Shown: positions 11,380 through 23,524, counted from the stretch's first letter. The stretch is DNA of 64,000 bases from a bacterium (GCA_965249485.1 OZ252239.1:992001-1056000); one strand, 5' to 3'. Notes: generated by a model from the letters alone, not told the origin. A program made the numbers and translations.

Positions 11380-12165
11380 ATGATGAATAAACAATTAGAT
11401 AATAAAATAGCCATTGTAACAGGTGGTGGAAGTGGTATAGGGAGAGCTATCTCGTTACTTTTTGCTCAATCTGGCGCAAAAATTCACATCCTGGATATCA
11501 ATAAAGATTATGGAGAAAAAGTTGTACAAGAAATTAAAAAAATGAATTGTAAATCTCAATCACATGAATGTGATATATCTAATTCAGATCAAGTAAATTC
11601 AGTAATTCAAGAAATTATTAATGAAGAAGGTGCTATCAATATTTTGGTAAATAATGCTGGTATCGCTCATATTGGAACAATTGAAACTACGACTTCTGAA
11701 GATTTACAACGAATTTATGATGTAAATATAAAAGGGGTATATTTGTGTACAAAAGCGATTCTACCTAATATGATTTCAAATGGAGGAGGTGTTATTTTAA
11801 ATATGGCTTCTGTAACAGCCACGGTTGCATTGCCGGATAGATTTGCCTATTCCATGAGTAAAGCTGCTGTATTAAATATGACAATGACGATAGCGAAGGA
11901 CTATTTGGGTAAAAATATTAGATGTAATTCAATTTCTCCCGGAAGGGTGCATACACCTTTTGTAGACGCTTATTTAAAGAATAATTATCCAGGTAAAGAA
12001 AAAGAAATGTTCGAGAAATTATCTAAAACTCAACCAATAGGAAGAATGGGAAAACCTGAAGAAATAGCAGAATTGGCGTTGTTTTTATGCACTGATCGTG
12101 CTGCTGGATTTATTACAGGTACAGATTATCCAGTAGATGGGGGTTTTATTAAACTTAACACATAA
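11380..12165 (+). CDS. SDR oxidoreductase, 2-keto-3-deoxy-sugar acid dehydrogenase-like
   Basis: TGGGSGIG, NNAG, DRFAYSMSK, RCNSISPGRVHTPFVD, QPIGRMG. Confidence 0.85.
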   Translation: MMNKQLDNKIAIVTGGGSGIGRAISLLFAQSGAKIHILDINKDYGEKVVQEIKKMNCKSQSHECDISNSDQVNSVIQEIINEEGAINILVNNAGIAHIGTIETTTSEDLQRIYDVNIKGVYLCTKAILPNMISNGGGVILNMASVTATVALPDRFAYSMSKAAVLNMTMTIAKDYLGKNIRCNSISPGRVHTPFVDAYLKNNYPGKEKEMFEKLSKTQPIGRMGKPEEIAELALFLCTDRAAGFITGTDYPVDGGFIKLNT

Positions 12166-12189
12166 ATAAATTAAATAAAGAAGGACATA

Positions 12190-13047
12190 ATGAAATTAAT
12201 ACGATTTGGAGAATTAGGAAAAGAAAAACCAGGAGTTTTAATTGAGGAAGAAAAAAGAATTGATGTAAGTCATATTTTTGAAGATTTTAATGAATATTTT
12301 TTTAACAATGATGGTTTAGCAAAACTTGAAGATTATACCAAATCTACTTCTGAGTATAATGAAGTAGCAGAGGATGTTCGACTTGGATCTCCTATAGCGA
12401 GACCCTCAAAAATAATTTGTATTGGTTTGAATTATGTTGGACATGCAAAAGAAAGTGGAATGGATATTCCAACTGAACCAGTTGTGTTTTTTAAAGCTAC
12501 TTCTTCTATTTGTGGACCGAATGATGGCTTAACAATACCTAAGGAGGGACATAAAACTGATTGGGAAGTTGAACTTTCGATAGTAATAGGGAAAGAAACC
12601 TCCTATATATCAGAAAACGAGGTATTGGAACATATTGCTGGTTATATGTTGCATAATGACTATAGTGAGAGAGCATTTCAATTAGAAAGAGCCGGTCAAT
12701 GGGTTAAAGGAAAAAGCTGCGATACGTTTGCGCCTTTAGGACCTTTTTTAGCCACTAAAGATGAGGTTGACGATGTTCACAACCTTAATTTATGGCTAGA
12801 TGTTAATGGAAAAAGAATGCAGACAGGAAACACTGCTGATTTTGTATTTAATGTAACAGAGGTGGTTAGTTACTTGTCTAATTTCATGACTCTTCTTCCG
12901 GGAGATGTTATTTCTACCGGAACTCCTTCAGGTGTTGGAATGGGATTAAAGCCTCCGGTATATTTAAAAGAGGGAGATATTGTTGAATATGGAATTGATG
13001 GATTAGGAACGGGTAAACAAATAGTTGAATTTTTTAAAAATACTTAA
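12190..13047 (+). CDS. Fumarylacetoacetate hydrolase family protein
   Basis: KIICIGLNY, DWEVEL, NDYSER, KGKSCDTF, PGDVISTGTP. Confidence 0.92.
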   Translation: MKLIRFGELGKEKPGVLIEEEKRIDVSHIFEDFNEYFFNNDGLAKLEDYTKSTSEYNEVAEDVRLGSPIARPSKIICIGLNYVGHAKESGMDIPTEPVVFFKATSSICGPNDGLTIPKEGHKTDWEVELSIVIGKETSYISENEVLEHIAGYMLHNDYSERAFQLERAGQWVKGKSCDTFAPLGPFLATKDEVDDVHNLNLWLDVNGKRMQTGNTADFVFNVTEVVSYLSNFMTLLPGDVISTGTPSGVGMGLKPPVYLKEGDIVEYGIDGLGTGKQIVEFFKNT

Positions 13048-13050
13048 TTA

Positions 13051-14457
13051 ATGATGAAGAGAGAAATAGAAGATAGAGGTAATTTGGTATATTTTATAGT
13101 AATATGTGCCATTGCATCGATTGGAGGTTTTTTATTTGGTTTTGATACAGCAGTTATTTCTGGTGCACTAAGTCCTTTGTCTATGTATTTTCAACTTGGA
13201 GATAAACCTGCATTATTAGGATGGACTGTAAGTTCTGTACTTTTAGGGAGTATATTAGGGGCTGCGTTATCTGGATTTTCAGATGAATTTGGTCGAAAAA
13301 ACACACTCATTACTGCTGGTATTCTATTCACATTTTCTGCATTGGGATCAGCCTTAGCAGGGTCACTAACATTCTTTATAATTGCAAGATTTGTTGGCGG
13401 TTTTGGAGTTGGCATGGCTGCAATGGTAGTTCCTCTTTATATCTCAGAAGTATCCCCACCTAAAATTCGAGGAAGAATGGTAAGTATGTACCAATTAGCT
13501 ATAACCCTGGGTATATTAGTTGCATATTTCACAAATGACTATTTTAGATCATTGTCGGAAGGATTAAACTTAGAAAACAAACTTACTGGTTTAATGGGTT
13601 GGATTATTAGTGATGTTTGGAGAATAATGTTAGGTTCAGAACTGATACCAGCTCTTTTATTTATTGTACTATTATTTTTCGTACCGAGAAGCCCTCGATA
13701 TGCAATGTCAAAAGGGAATAAAGAAGAAGCATTAGCAATTCTAACAAAAATAAATGGAAGTGATATTGCAAAAGAAGAAATTATAGAAATTGAAACTGTA
13801 ATAAATCAAGAAGAAGGAACCTTTTCACAATTATTTAAACCTGGGTTAAGAAAGGCGACTTTTATTGCTTTATTTTTATCGATCATATCTCAATTTAGTG
13901 GAATTGACATTATACTTCATTATGGGCCTCTCATTTTAGAAAGAGCGGGACTATCCTTTGGAGAATCACTATATGGTCAGATTATATTTGGAATTGTTTT
14001 AGTTCTTTTTACAATTTTGGCAATGTGGAAAGTTGACCATATGGGAAGGAAAAAGCTTTTATTAATAGGAAATACGGGTGTGTGTTTGTCGTTGTTGGTT
14101 GTAGGTTATTTATTTAATTTGGAATCAGGATCAGAAACTGCGCTCATCGTTGCAATATCAGCATTTATTGCTAGTTTTTCATTTTCATTGGGTCCAATTC
14201 CGTGGATTATAATGGCTGAAATATTTCCTACAAAAGTAAGAGGTAGGGCTATGGCATTAGCAACACTTGTTTTGTTTGGGGCAAATTGGCTGGTTGCGCA
14301 ATTATTTCCCTGGCTATCGTACACTATTGGAGAAAACGGGACTTTTTGGCTATTAGCTGGAATATCATTATTAACATTTCCTTTTGTTTTTAAAATTTTA
14401 CCCGAGACCAAAGGAAGATCATTGGAGGAAATCGAGAATTCGTGGATCCAAAATTGA
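13051..14457 (+). CDS. Sugar porter family MFS transporter
   Basis: GGFLFGFDTAVISG, FGRK, PLYISE, EIFPT..RG, PETKG. Confidence 0.93.
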   Translation: MMKREIEDRGNLVYFIVICAIASIGGFLFGFDTAVISGALSPLSMYFQLGDKPALLGWTVSSVLLGSILGAALSGFSDEFGRKNTLITAGILFTFSALGSALAGSLTFFIIARFVGGFGVGMAAMVVPLYISEVSPPKIRGRMVSMYQLAITLGILVAYFTNDYFRSLSEGLNLENKLTGLMGWIISDVWRIMLGSELIPALLFIVLLFFVPRSPRYAMSKGNKEEALAILTKINGSDIAKEEIIEIETVINQEEGTFSQLFKPGLRKATFIALFLSIISQFSGIDIILHYGPLILERAGLSFGESLYGQIIFGIVLVLFTILAMWKVDHMGRKKLLLIGNTGVCLSLLVVGYLFNLESGSETALIVAISAFIASFSFSLGPIPWIIMAEIFPTKVRGRAMALATLVLFGANWLVAQLFPWLSYTIGENGTFWLLAGISLLTFPFVFKILPETKGRSLEEIENSWIQN

Positions 14458-14605
14458 GAATTTAGAAATAATTGAGGGCTTTCGGAGATTCCAACAGGCA
14501 GGGTCATGTGAAGACAGTCGTGAAGGAGCAAAAATGTTCCAAAAACTATACGAACGTCGACATATCCCTCTGAAAACCAAAAGCAATCAAAAAAAGAGAG
14601 TAACT

Positions 14606-15406
14606 ATGCCTGGAAAAAATGCTTTATTCACGCTATGCTATATAGTTGTACTCGTCATTGGATGCTCACATCAGCAAAACGATTTTACATCCGGCCGATG
14701 GATCGATCTTTCATATGATTTTTCGGCTGAGACTATTTTCTGGCCGACAGGTGAAGGTTTTATATTCGAAAAAGGCTTTGAAGGTATTGCCGATAACGGC
14801 TATTATTACACAGAGAACTCTTTTACTACAGCCGAACACGGTGGTACCCATATTGATGCGCCTGTACATTTCGCACAAGGGCGAATGACCGTCGATGAGA
14901 TCTCCATAGAGCAGCTTACCGGACCTGCGGCTGTTATCGATGTATCCGCCAAGGTACTCAATGACAGAGACTATTTAATTCAGGTCGACGATATTCTATC
15001 CTGGGAATCCGTTCACGGGAGATTGCCTGATAATGTTATCCTGCTATTCCGTACAGGCTTTGGAAAGTACTGGCCCGACCCCAAACTGTATTTAGGAACA
15101 GATAAAAAGGGACCGGAAGCGATCCCTGAATTGCATTTTCCAGGGATAAGCCAGGAAGCTGCACAATGGCTCATCGATAACCGTTCCATAGACGCTATTG
15201 GAATAGATACTGCCAGTATCGATTACGGGCAATCCAAAACGGATGAAGCACACAGAATCCTCTACGACGACAATATTCCGGGCCTGGAAAATGTAGCGAA
15301 CCTGGAAATGCTCCCGGAAACCGGAGCATTCATTATTGCTCTGCCGATGAAGATCAGGGGAGGAAGTGGAGGTCCGCTAAGAATTACGGCACTTATTCCT
15401 GATTAG
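14606..15406 (+). CDS. Cyclase/kynurenine formamidase-like metal hydrolase, lipoprotein
   Basis: EHGGTHIDAPVHF, GIDTASID, GLEN, GGSGGP; VIGC lipobox after ATG 14606. Confidence 0.88.
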   Translation: MPGKNALFTLCYIVVLVIGCSHQQNDFTSGRWIDLSYDFSAETIFWPTGEGFIFEKGFEGIADNGYYYTENSFTTAEHGGTHIDAPVHFAQGRMTVDEISIEQLTGPAAVIDVSAKVLNDRDYLIQVDDILSWESVHGRLPDNVILLFRTGFGKYWPDPKLYLGTDKKGPEAIPELHFPGISQEAAQWLIDNRSIDAIGIDTASIDYGQSKTDEAHRILYDDNIPGLENVANLEMLPETGAFIIALPMKIRGGSGGPLRITALIPD

Positions 15407-15450
15407 CCAGTTTCTTGTTAAACGATACATGATCTATCAATATTTTGACA

Positions 15451-15626
15451 TGTACGTCGTCGGAACACGTTGGACAGAATTGCATCCCATATTAGGAAAC
15501 AGTTGATACAAGAATAAGTGAGTTTGATAAACGATTAATGAAATTTTAATATTTCTCTCAAAGATTAATACTCTCGTTGCTATTTCAAGTGTTTTTATTC
15601 CTCATGCAGTACAATGTGCGAACCTT
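15451..15626 (-). repeat. Split cassette-boundary element (dyad 15451-15480; arm 15583-15626)
   Basis: gtacgtcgtcggaacacgttggaca; ttcaagtgtttttattcctcatgcagtacaatgtgcgaacctt, a few bp past the M24 stop. Confidence 0.65.
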
Positions 15627-15631
15627 TTTGC

Positions 15632-17083
15632 TCAATGAATCAGCAGTATTTTTTCATTCGGTGGATGGAGAAATTCAACTCCCCGGCTGGATACAACGTG
15701 ATTACCTTCAATATTAATGACAATCGGATTACCCGGTCTTTCTGCAATGTTTGTATTTACCATAAATTCAAGAGAAAAAATATGATTTTCTTGAACCGGC
15801 AAGTGATCACGGTTAGACCGAAATGCCGCGATAGAGGGTCCGACAGCCACCAAACTGCCACCATGTTCTTCATTACCCTGACCGTGAAGGTCTATTGAAA
15901 AACTTGACTTTTCGGTATTAGCTAACTTCTCCTGCACATTCATATAGTTATCAGGGGATTCATCAGTAAACGGCGTATAAATATAGTCCGCGGCTTCCAA
16001 TGCCACAATGAGGTCTTGCAAAATTTGTCCGCCGGTCTTGCCAATTTTTATATGTTCCCGAATGATATTGCGAGCAGCTATCGCACGATCAAAAGCATGC
16101 TGGATACTATCGGGAATTTTCGTTTCTCCTTCCCTCATAATATAGGCATTACGTTTATAATCTGTCCCAAAATAATCCAAATATCGAAGACCATTATCAA
16201 ACTGCAGAAAATCACCACGCTGCAATACATATTGAGGTGAGTTTGATGATGAAAAACTGCCATCATTTGCCGGAAGACCACGTGTCTCGGGTTGATCTGA
16301 AACAGCTGAATAGAGAACAATGGGAGTTTCAGCTTCGGTACTGTACCCATTTGTCAAATTCCGTTTATGGAGTTCCTCCTTAACCCACCAGCCGATATCT
16401 CCCAATGTCGTTACACCCGGCGTAATCACTTCATTTGATAAAGCGCGTTCAAGAATCTGACGATGTATCTCAAGGGCATTCGTCATGAGTGTCACTTCCC
16501 TGAGAATCCTTCTTGTTCTGAAATCCGTGATCAGGTTCTCTGCGGATATAATTCTTTCAGAATATTTAGGACCTAAAACTTTTTCCAATCTCACGTATTG
16601 CGAGTGCGAAATCCCGTCAGCTTTGGCAAGCCAGTCGGATGTGTTTACGGCAATCTTTTTTGGATCACGCTCGGCAACGAATTCCGTTATTTCATTCCAG
16701 ACTCCAGGATCAAGTTTATTACTATAGCCGTTAAAAGCTCTTTCTACTTCGCGTGAACCGCGTACGTCAATATCTGAAACAGCGTCTGCTTCACCGAAAA
16801 CTGCCCGTTCGATCCTGTCACCCAGATCTGTAAAAATCAAATAACCGGAGGTTGATCCGAATTCTGGAAACATTGGATCACGATCTCCATCTCGAGTGAC
16901 ATGGATCCACATATCCACATTATTGTCGCGCATTGCTCCCGGTAGAATCAGGTCAAGTTTTTCTTTTCTTATCAAATCAATGACTTCTCCGCCGGTTCTT
17001 GCAGTATGTACGCCCGGCTGGGCATTGACAGCAGGTAGGATGAAAATAACAGAAGTTAAAATTAACAGTATTCGAATTATCAT
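15632..17083 (-). CDS. Secreted M24 peptidase-like paralogue
   Basis: LPGAMRDNNVDMW, ITPGVTT, FD.G..TD, DLH, FSLEF, INIEG..GVEFL.PP; ATG 17083 with GGAG RBS. Confidence 0.85.
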   Translation of the reverse strand: MIIRILLILTSVIFILPAVNAQPGVHTARTGGEVIDLIRKEKLDLILPGAMRDNNVDMWIHVTRDGDRDPMFPEFGSTSGYLIFTDLGDRIERAVFGEADAVSDIDVRGSREVERAFNGYSNKLDPGVWNEITEFVAERDPKKIAVNTSDWLAKADGISHSQYVRLEKVLGPKYSERIISAENLITDFRTRRILREVTLMTNALEIHRQILERALSNEVITPGVTTLGDIGWWVKEELHKRNLTNGYSTEAETPIVLYSAVSDQPETRGLPANDGSFSSSNSPQYVLQRGDFLQFDNGLRYLDYFGTDYKRNAYIMREGETKIPDSIQHAFDRAIAARNIIREHIKIGKTGGQILQDLIVALEAADYIYTPFTDESPDNYMNVQEKLANTEKSSFSIDLHGQGNEEHGGSLVAVGPSIAAFRSNRDHLPVQENHIFSLEFMVNTNIAERPGNPIVINIEGNHVVSSRGVEFLHPPNEKILLIH

Positions 17084-17171
17084 TAATTTTCTCCATATTT
17101 GACTTTTAATTTTTTCAAGAGTTTTGTGCTTCACAGGCCACATGATTTACGTAGCTATGCTAGCAAGACTA

Positions 17172-17203
17172 GTTCTGTCCAAATTGTTTTGACGACGTAC
17201 CCA
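17172..17203 (+). repeat. Inverted partial cassette element (dyad only)
   Basis: Reverse complement gtacgtcgtcaaaacaatttggacagaa matches 15451-15480. Confidence 0.6.
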
Positions 17204-17214
17204 ACTATACTATA

Positions 17215-17239
17215 TGGCTCAACTTTTGGAGCAAGGTCA
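17215..17239. mobile_element. IS3-like terminal inverted repeat remnant
   Basis: tggctcaacttttggagcaaggtca, near-identical to 60731-60756; TG..CA terminus; no transposase. Confidence 0.5.
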
Positions 17240-17252
17240 ATTGTTACCAAAA

Positions 17253-20200
17253 CTACTGAGGATCGGTTAAATTCCAGTAAGTTTCCGGAAGTTTTTCTTC
17301 ATCGGGCCACAGCATATCAAGTGAGTCCCCGTTGTAGAGCAGACCATTTTTCATTACAAAATGAACGTCTGCAGTGTTCCGTATATCATCAAGTGGATTG
17401 CTGTTCAATATGACCATATCAGCAATTTTACCTTCATGTATCGATCCGAGATCTTCGTCAAAGCCTATAGCTTCGGCGCCGAAAATTGTTGCGGTTTTCA
17501 GTGCGTCCATTTCACTCATTCCACCCGACTGTATTGTCCAGAGATCCCAGTGAAAACCAATACCCCATGTTTCTGCATGACTTCCGACACAAACCTTTCC
17601 GCCAGCTTCAATAATCTTTTTCAGCGGTTCAGCATGTATCTGATACACATACTCGTCGTTGTGATACCACCTTTTTCTTCGGGTAATTCCGTCGAGAATC
17701 CCGTGCGGAGTAAACCTTCTCAGCTTTTTATCGTCGTGTACTTCGGTCTGTGTCCAGTAATAATTTTCAGCCTGAGGCCCCGGTCTGGCTATTATCATTG
17801 TTGGCGTATAATAGGTTCCAGACTGTGCAATGACTTCAATCATATCTTTATAAAGCGGGACATAAGGGAAGTTATGCTCCAGAGAGTATCCGTCAAAAAC
17901 CTGTGACATCATTAATTTATTATCGTGACCCTCCGATGTAGGTATTATTTCCGTTTCCTGTGACGCCATGCTTATCCATTGCCGAACGGTGCGGTCACCG
18001 GCAAGATATTGCTTGATAGTATTCACACGGTAATATTCCGCATACCGCTTTAAAACATTGAGTGCATCTGTGTAACTTTTTATGTTTTCTGTGCCAAATA
18101 TACCGGGACCGGTAGAATAAGCCCTGGGACCCACGATTTCATCCGTTTCGACAAGATCACTATAGGTGAATGTGTCGGTACTGCCAGTTTGCGGATCTCG
18201 GGTAGTAGTTACTCCGTAAGCCAGATTTGCCAGGTATTCCCATACAGTGTCGTTATGTATTCCTCTGGCCACTCGTGTATGCATGTGAAGATCGACATAA
18301 CCCGGTACAATAGTCTTGCCACTGACATCAATCTCGTGTGCTCCGTCCGGAGTAGTAACCGAATTGCCGGGTGCAACCATTGTAATCCTATTGTCGGATA
18401 TCACTATTGCTCCGTTTTCAATGATTCCATTGTTAAAATTCTGGCACCCCTGAGCACAAGCGTTCCCCTTCCTTGCCGCTGGGGGTATTCCAGATTGATT
18501 TGTGATTGAATCGGCTCGTAAGATTTGTTGTGAGATTCAGCAATAGTATATCGGAAAACTGTATTGCCAAGTGACCAGACTGCCTCATTCCCATACGGCC
18601 CCCAACTCATAAATTGTCCACCGATAGTCGTGAGTTTCTCAACGGGGAATGTGGGATCTGTCAAAGATAAATCCATCACTCCGCCTGTCGAAACAGGTAG
18701 CGTGATTTTATATATGTGAGGTCCTGTCTGAACAAGAGCCTGCTCACCATCTGGTCCCATTAGCACATCCGATGCCCCGCGCGAACCTGATGTCAGGCTC
18801 GATTCAGACCCACTGATTGTGAAATGAACCTTTCTGTCTGTTCCGTCCAATTGATATGACGTAAGATCTCCGGACCGCTCGAAAACATAAAACCGATCTA
18901 CTGCATCGGCGAAATAGGGGCGAACTCCGTGCAATGGTCCGATGCTGACAGATTCTCCTCCACGTGCAGGGATACGTACCAATTCCAATTCCCTGGAACT
19001 CCTACCAGAAAAAACATTTAGTCCGTACATGATGTTCTTCTTACCTCGTGTGACGATCAGCTCTTCATCATCCGGGGTCCATACCGGGTCGGAGAAATAA
19101 CCGGCAATGCTGCTCAATTTTGTAAGATTTCTACCATGTGCGTCAATTTTGTAGACATTTCCTCCCTCACTATCTGACCACGTTACAAACGCTATCCAAT
19201 TTCCGTTATGACTCCACGATGGTGCATATTGACCAACTTCCATTTCTCCCAGACGGCTAATATCTCCACTTTTAAGGTCCTGAATATACAATTTATGCAA
19301 AGCAGTAAATAAGAGTTTTGTTCCATCGGGTGAAATAGAGGGATATCGGATTTGCCGGGCCTTTACCGGACCGTCGGGAACACGTTTATCAAACCGAATG
19401 ACAAGTGTAATAGTGAGATCTACATCAGCTTCAAAGGAAATCTCCGTTACCGCTCCCGACGGCACTGCCACACGGTAGAGTTTTCCATCAAATGACGTTA
19501 TAATCGATGTGCCATCCGGTGTAAATGAAAAACCGGGCATCAGATCTTCGGATGTGCTGATCCATTCTCCGGCACCCTGAGCGTCTAACTGTACCGGATA
19601 AAGAAACCACTCGTCGGTACCGGTCACTAAATTCCTCAAACGGTAACCTGTTTGGGAATCATTTTTGGAAGCATATACCATCCAGGTTCCATCAGGAGAG
19701 ATCGTCGGACGGATTGCTCCACCCCACAGATTTGTCAATCGGGAAGTCGTTCCATTCTCAAAATCATACACTTCAATCTGGTTAGGATATCCGTTCTGAA
19801 CGGGTCTACTTACTGAACTGTACATATATCGATTGTCAGGCCCGAACGCCGCCCCGAGCGCTCTTATTGGTTGATCATCAGCTTTGAGCTGAGTACCGCT
19901 CCCACCGTCAACGTGATACATCCAGAGATAATGTAATTGGTCGATCCATATAGCATCGGATGCTTTTGAAACAATGACGTAGTTCCCATCGGAAGTCCAC
20001 TCCGGTGAAGCAAATGATTCGTTTTTACCGTAAGTAATTGCTTGAAGACCGTTCGTTTCCGAAACTGCAGAATTTTCTGTGACAGTTTTTCCTGTTTCCA
20101 GTGTCCAGAGGTTTTCTGATCCGCTCCTGTCGCTGACAAACAGAATTTTACTTCCGTCAGGTGAATATCGTGGCTGACTGTCAAATGCAGAACCACGTGT

Positions 20201-20479
20201 TATTTGCGAGGCTTTTCCCCCGCTTACAGGTAGTGTATAAAGATCACCGAGCATTTCAAATACAATGGTACTCCCGTCCGGTGATACATCGAGCGACATC
20301 CAAGTCACTTCATTTGTCGTAAACTCAATTCGTTTCGTATGCTTCAAAGGGAGAGGATTCTCAGCCTGGGCATCCAGTTGTTCGATGGTAAAAGACACCA
20401 TGATTAATACAGAAATACAGAAGGAAATAGTGTGTTTCAAAGATTGTTTGACAACGTATGAGTTCATTATTTTCCCCAA
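17253..20479 (-). pseudogene. TolB-like (PD40) beta-propeller + amidohydrolase, frameshifted near 18420
   Basis: WMSLDVSPDG and QPRYSPDG repeats; GKTIVPGYVDLHMH, DLGSI..GK.AD; frame break at RILTM/IIENG. Confidence 0.8.
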
Positions 20480-20697
20480 TGATAGTTGTTGATTTGATAT
20501 TCAATGTATAGATTTTACCAGCGATTAGTGTGGGATTCACAGAATTAGGTGCACATGTAACAAACGTACCTATTATTCGCTTATCAATCATGAGTAGTAT
20601 GATTGATAAGCGAATAACCACGGCCTTATTAAATCAGACCGAATGTGGTTTGAGCCGAAACAAGTATCAGCGCAATTTTTTAACACCATAGTATATG

Positions 20698-22056
20698 TTA
20701 CGGTATTAGTATAATCCGTTCATATAGGAGGGTAGAGCCACTCGACGCCGTTTTCCGTAACGATGTGATTGTCTTCAAAATTTATACTGAGTCTAGATCC
20801 CCATTCGGGTACCCACGTGTTTACCAGAAATTCGAACGAAAAAGATTATTCGGTTGAATCATGATGTGACCGCGACCCGAACGGAAGGCTGCGAATGATG
20901 GGCCGGATGCGACTTCGCTGTTACCTGTGTTGCCCACTGTATGGCAGTCGAGCGAAAATCCCGAACTCGCATTATCTTCGAGCGCATTCATTAAGTCCCT
21001 GTATTGTGACCCTGCATCAGCTGAAGGAGTGTAGATATATCCTTCATCTTCCAAAGCACGGATGACCGCATTGAGTGTTGCCGCTGCCGTACGGCCTGTT
21101 CTGATATTTTTTCTTATTATTTCGTGGGCCCTTAAACCACGGTCCCAGGCATGTTGGACGCCATCAGGCACACGGGTTTCCCCTTCCCGAAGAATATATG
21201 CATTCCGTTTCCAATCGGTACCGAAATTCAAATACTTGAGGCCCCAGTCCCATGAGATGAGATCGCCACGCTGAAAAATATAATCTGATCTTCCCGTCTC
21301 AGAACCGTTGGATACTTCAGAATGCATCACACCTGGTCCGCCGTGACCCCGATTAAATCGTTCTGAGGACATTCCCTGATCAACAACCTGATCCATTGCC
21401 CACCAGCCGATGTCCTCACGTGTCGAAATTCCCGGCTCTATTCTGCGGAGGGCCTCTTCCTGTATCTGCCGCTGCATTTCACACGCATTTGCGAACGCAA
21501 TGATTTCCCGCTGGACTCTTCTCACTCGGAAATCGGTTAAGACATTCTCCGAAGAAATGAGCCTGTTTGCATACTTGTCTCCCAATAATTCAACCAGTCT
21601 GAGATACGCTGTGTGCGAAAGTCCGTCCGCGACTGAAAGCCACTTAGACATGTTGACGGCAATTACCCGGGGATCGCGTTCCTCCACAAATTCTCTGAGG
21701 TCGCGTTGTGTCCCGAAAATATCGTAAATAGTTCTGTCTCCCGTACCGCCGAATATAGCCCGTTCGATCCTATCACCACCGCGGTCCGTGAATATATAGA
21801 TGCCTAACGTATCGGTTACACTCCAGTTAATCTGTCCGCCGAAATCCAGGTCGAGAGGGTCGGGATCACCGTCCTTAACGACATGCATCCACATATCGAC
21901 ATTATTATCCCGTAGTGCATCGGGCATAATAAGATCGAATTTTTCCTGCCGGATAAGTCTCAGAATCTCATATTTTTGCTTTGATGTCTGGGCAATTGTA
22001 TTCTGAACAAGGGAAAGCAGTGCAATGAATGTCAAAAAAATTCGAAATCTACTCAT
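20698..22056 (-). pseudogene. M24 peptidase-like paralogue, frameshifts near 20840 and 20725
   Basis: Shifted frame continues FEFLVNTWVPEWG..INFEDNHIVTENGVEWLYPP..ERIILIP*. Confidence 0.8.
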
Positions 22057-22090
22057 AAATTTACCCTTTCTAACATTGTTCTTTTACCAT

Positions 22091-23524
22091 TTAATGTATT
22101 ACATGCAAGCTGTGTTCCTGAGCCCGATTAAGATACTGAAATCCATCTTCGGTAAATACGACAATTTGACCGACACCAAGCCGCACTCCGTTTGCACCCC
22201 AGCCGGGTACCTCAACACTGATGTGTGGATGGAATACGTGAACCGTGTTGTAGGAGAGCTTGTGCTGGTCGGATACGATCGACGTCGGATAGTACTGCGG
22301 TTGCGAAGAGATTCCTGCCACATAGGTCCCTTTCCAAAACGTTAGTCCGCCCAACATAAAACGCCGGATAAACATGGCAGGCGGGTGAAAGGACAAAGAG
22401 GCGCCAGAAAAATTATAGACACCGCTTTCCGATGGGATGGCATGCGAGGCATCTTCAATCTCTTTGCCTGTCCTTCCAACCTTATACTCGTTTGCAATCA
22501 GGTTTTGAAGCTGGTTCGCTTTTCTCACCGCTTGATTCAATGCCTCAGGAACTTCAGTTTCATTTTCCTTGAGCACATAGGCATATTGGTGCGAGTCTGT
22601 CACGAGCCCAAGCATCATGATGTCCGAATCGCAATTCACGATATCACCTCTTCGGATCACCACACTAGCGATATTGTATTTGAACTGATCACCTAAAAAA
22701 GCCTCGGCCTCTTCTGAATACTTTTTCATATTTGCCGGGCTTCTTTGGATCTCAATAGTAGGATGATTCTCCATTTCAATACCAAGTTTGCGGGTACGAT
22801 GCCGAAACCACCAATTTAGGTCGTCGGTCGTTGTGACATCCGGAGTGATGGCAACGTTTGAAAATCCTTCAGCTAGAATGTCGTTATGTAGACCCATCAC
22901 ATATCGAAAAACCTCAATTTGCCGGGGACTCATCGTTTCCAGCCAACGTACACCCAGGAGCCACGAATCGATTGACCGTGCTGCAAATTTGCTTCCCAAT
23001 GCTTCAAGCATCTGCTCGTTATTAAGTAGTCCAATCGCAATTGTCGCAGGATCGTGTTTAATAACCAGTTCAGAAATATGATTATAGTCACGGGGCTCGA
23101 TATATTCGATTCTGTCACCCGTATCGTAGAACATCATAAAACCCGGTAACATCTGCGAGACTCCCGAAGCATAGGTGCTCGGTAAAGCCAGCCCTTGAAA
23201 ATTTGCAGGCAGCAGCGAAGTATAGACCGGACCTTCATTGTTGTAATACAAATCCGCTTCATTATTCCGCACGATCCACATCTTGATATTCTGTTCCTTC
23301 ATTACCATCGGGAGCACGTTCTCTTTTTTCCATTTTATCCATCGCTCCATTAATTGGACACGTTCGCGCATCGGAATAATATTTTTAATATATTCACCCG
23401 GTTTTAAATTCTGAATGATCTGTTTAATGTCACTGGAAATAAATGACACTTCATTATGACTATCCGAACATGCCGGATATAAAATGAGTAACAGTACTAT
23501 CCAAAGATTGATTTGTTTAAACAT
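22091..23524 (-). CDS. Divergent M24-like lipoprotein
   Basis: YPAC lipobox; LPMVMKEQNIKMW, ITPDVTT, RRGDIVNCD..LVTD. Confidence 0.8.
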   Translation of the reverse strand: MFKQINLWIVLLLILYPACSDSHNEVSFISSDIKQIIQNLKPGEYIKNIIPMRERVQLMERWIKWKKENVLPMVMKEQNIKMWIVRNNEADLYYNNEGPVYTSLLPANFQGLALPSTYASGVSQMLPGFMMFYDTGDRIEYIEPRDYNHISELVIKHDPATIAIGLLNNEQMLEALGSKFAARSIDSWLLGVRWLETMSPRQIEVFRYVMGLHNDILAEGFSNVAITPDVTTTDDLNWWFRHRTRKLGIEMENHPTIEIQRSPANMKKYSEEAEAFLGDQFKYNIASVVIRRGDIVNCDSDIMMLGLVTDSHQYAYVLKENETEVPEALNQAVRKANQLQNLIANEYKVGRTGKEIEDASHAIPSESGVYNFSGASLSFHPPAMFIRRFMLGGLTFWKGTYVAGISSQPQYYPTSIVSDQHKLSYNTVHVFHPHISVEVPGWGANGVRLGVGQIVVFTEDGFQYLNRAQEHSLHVIH

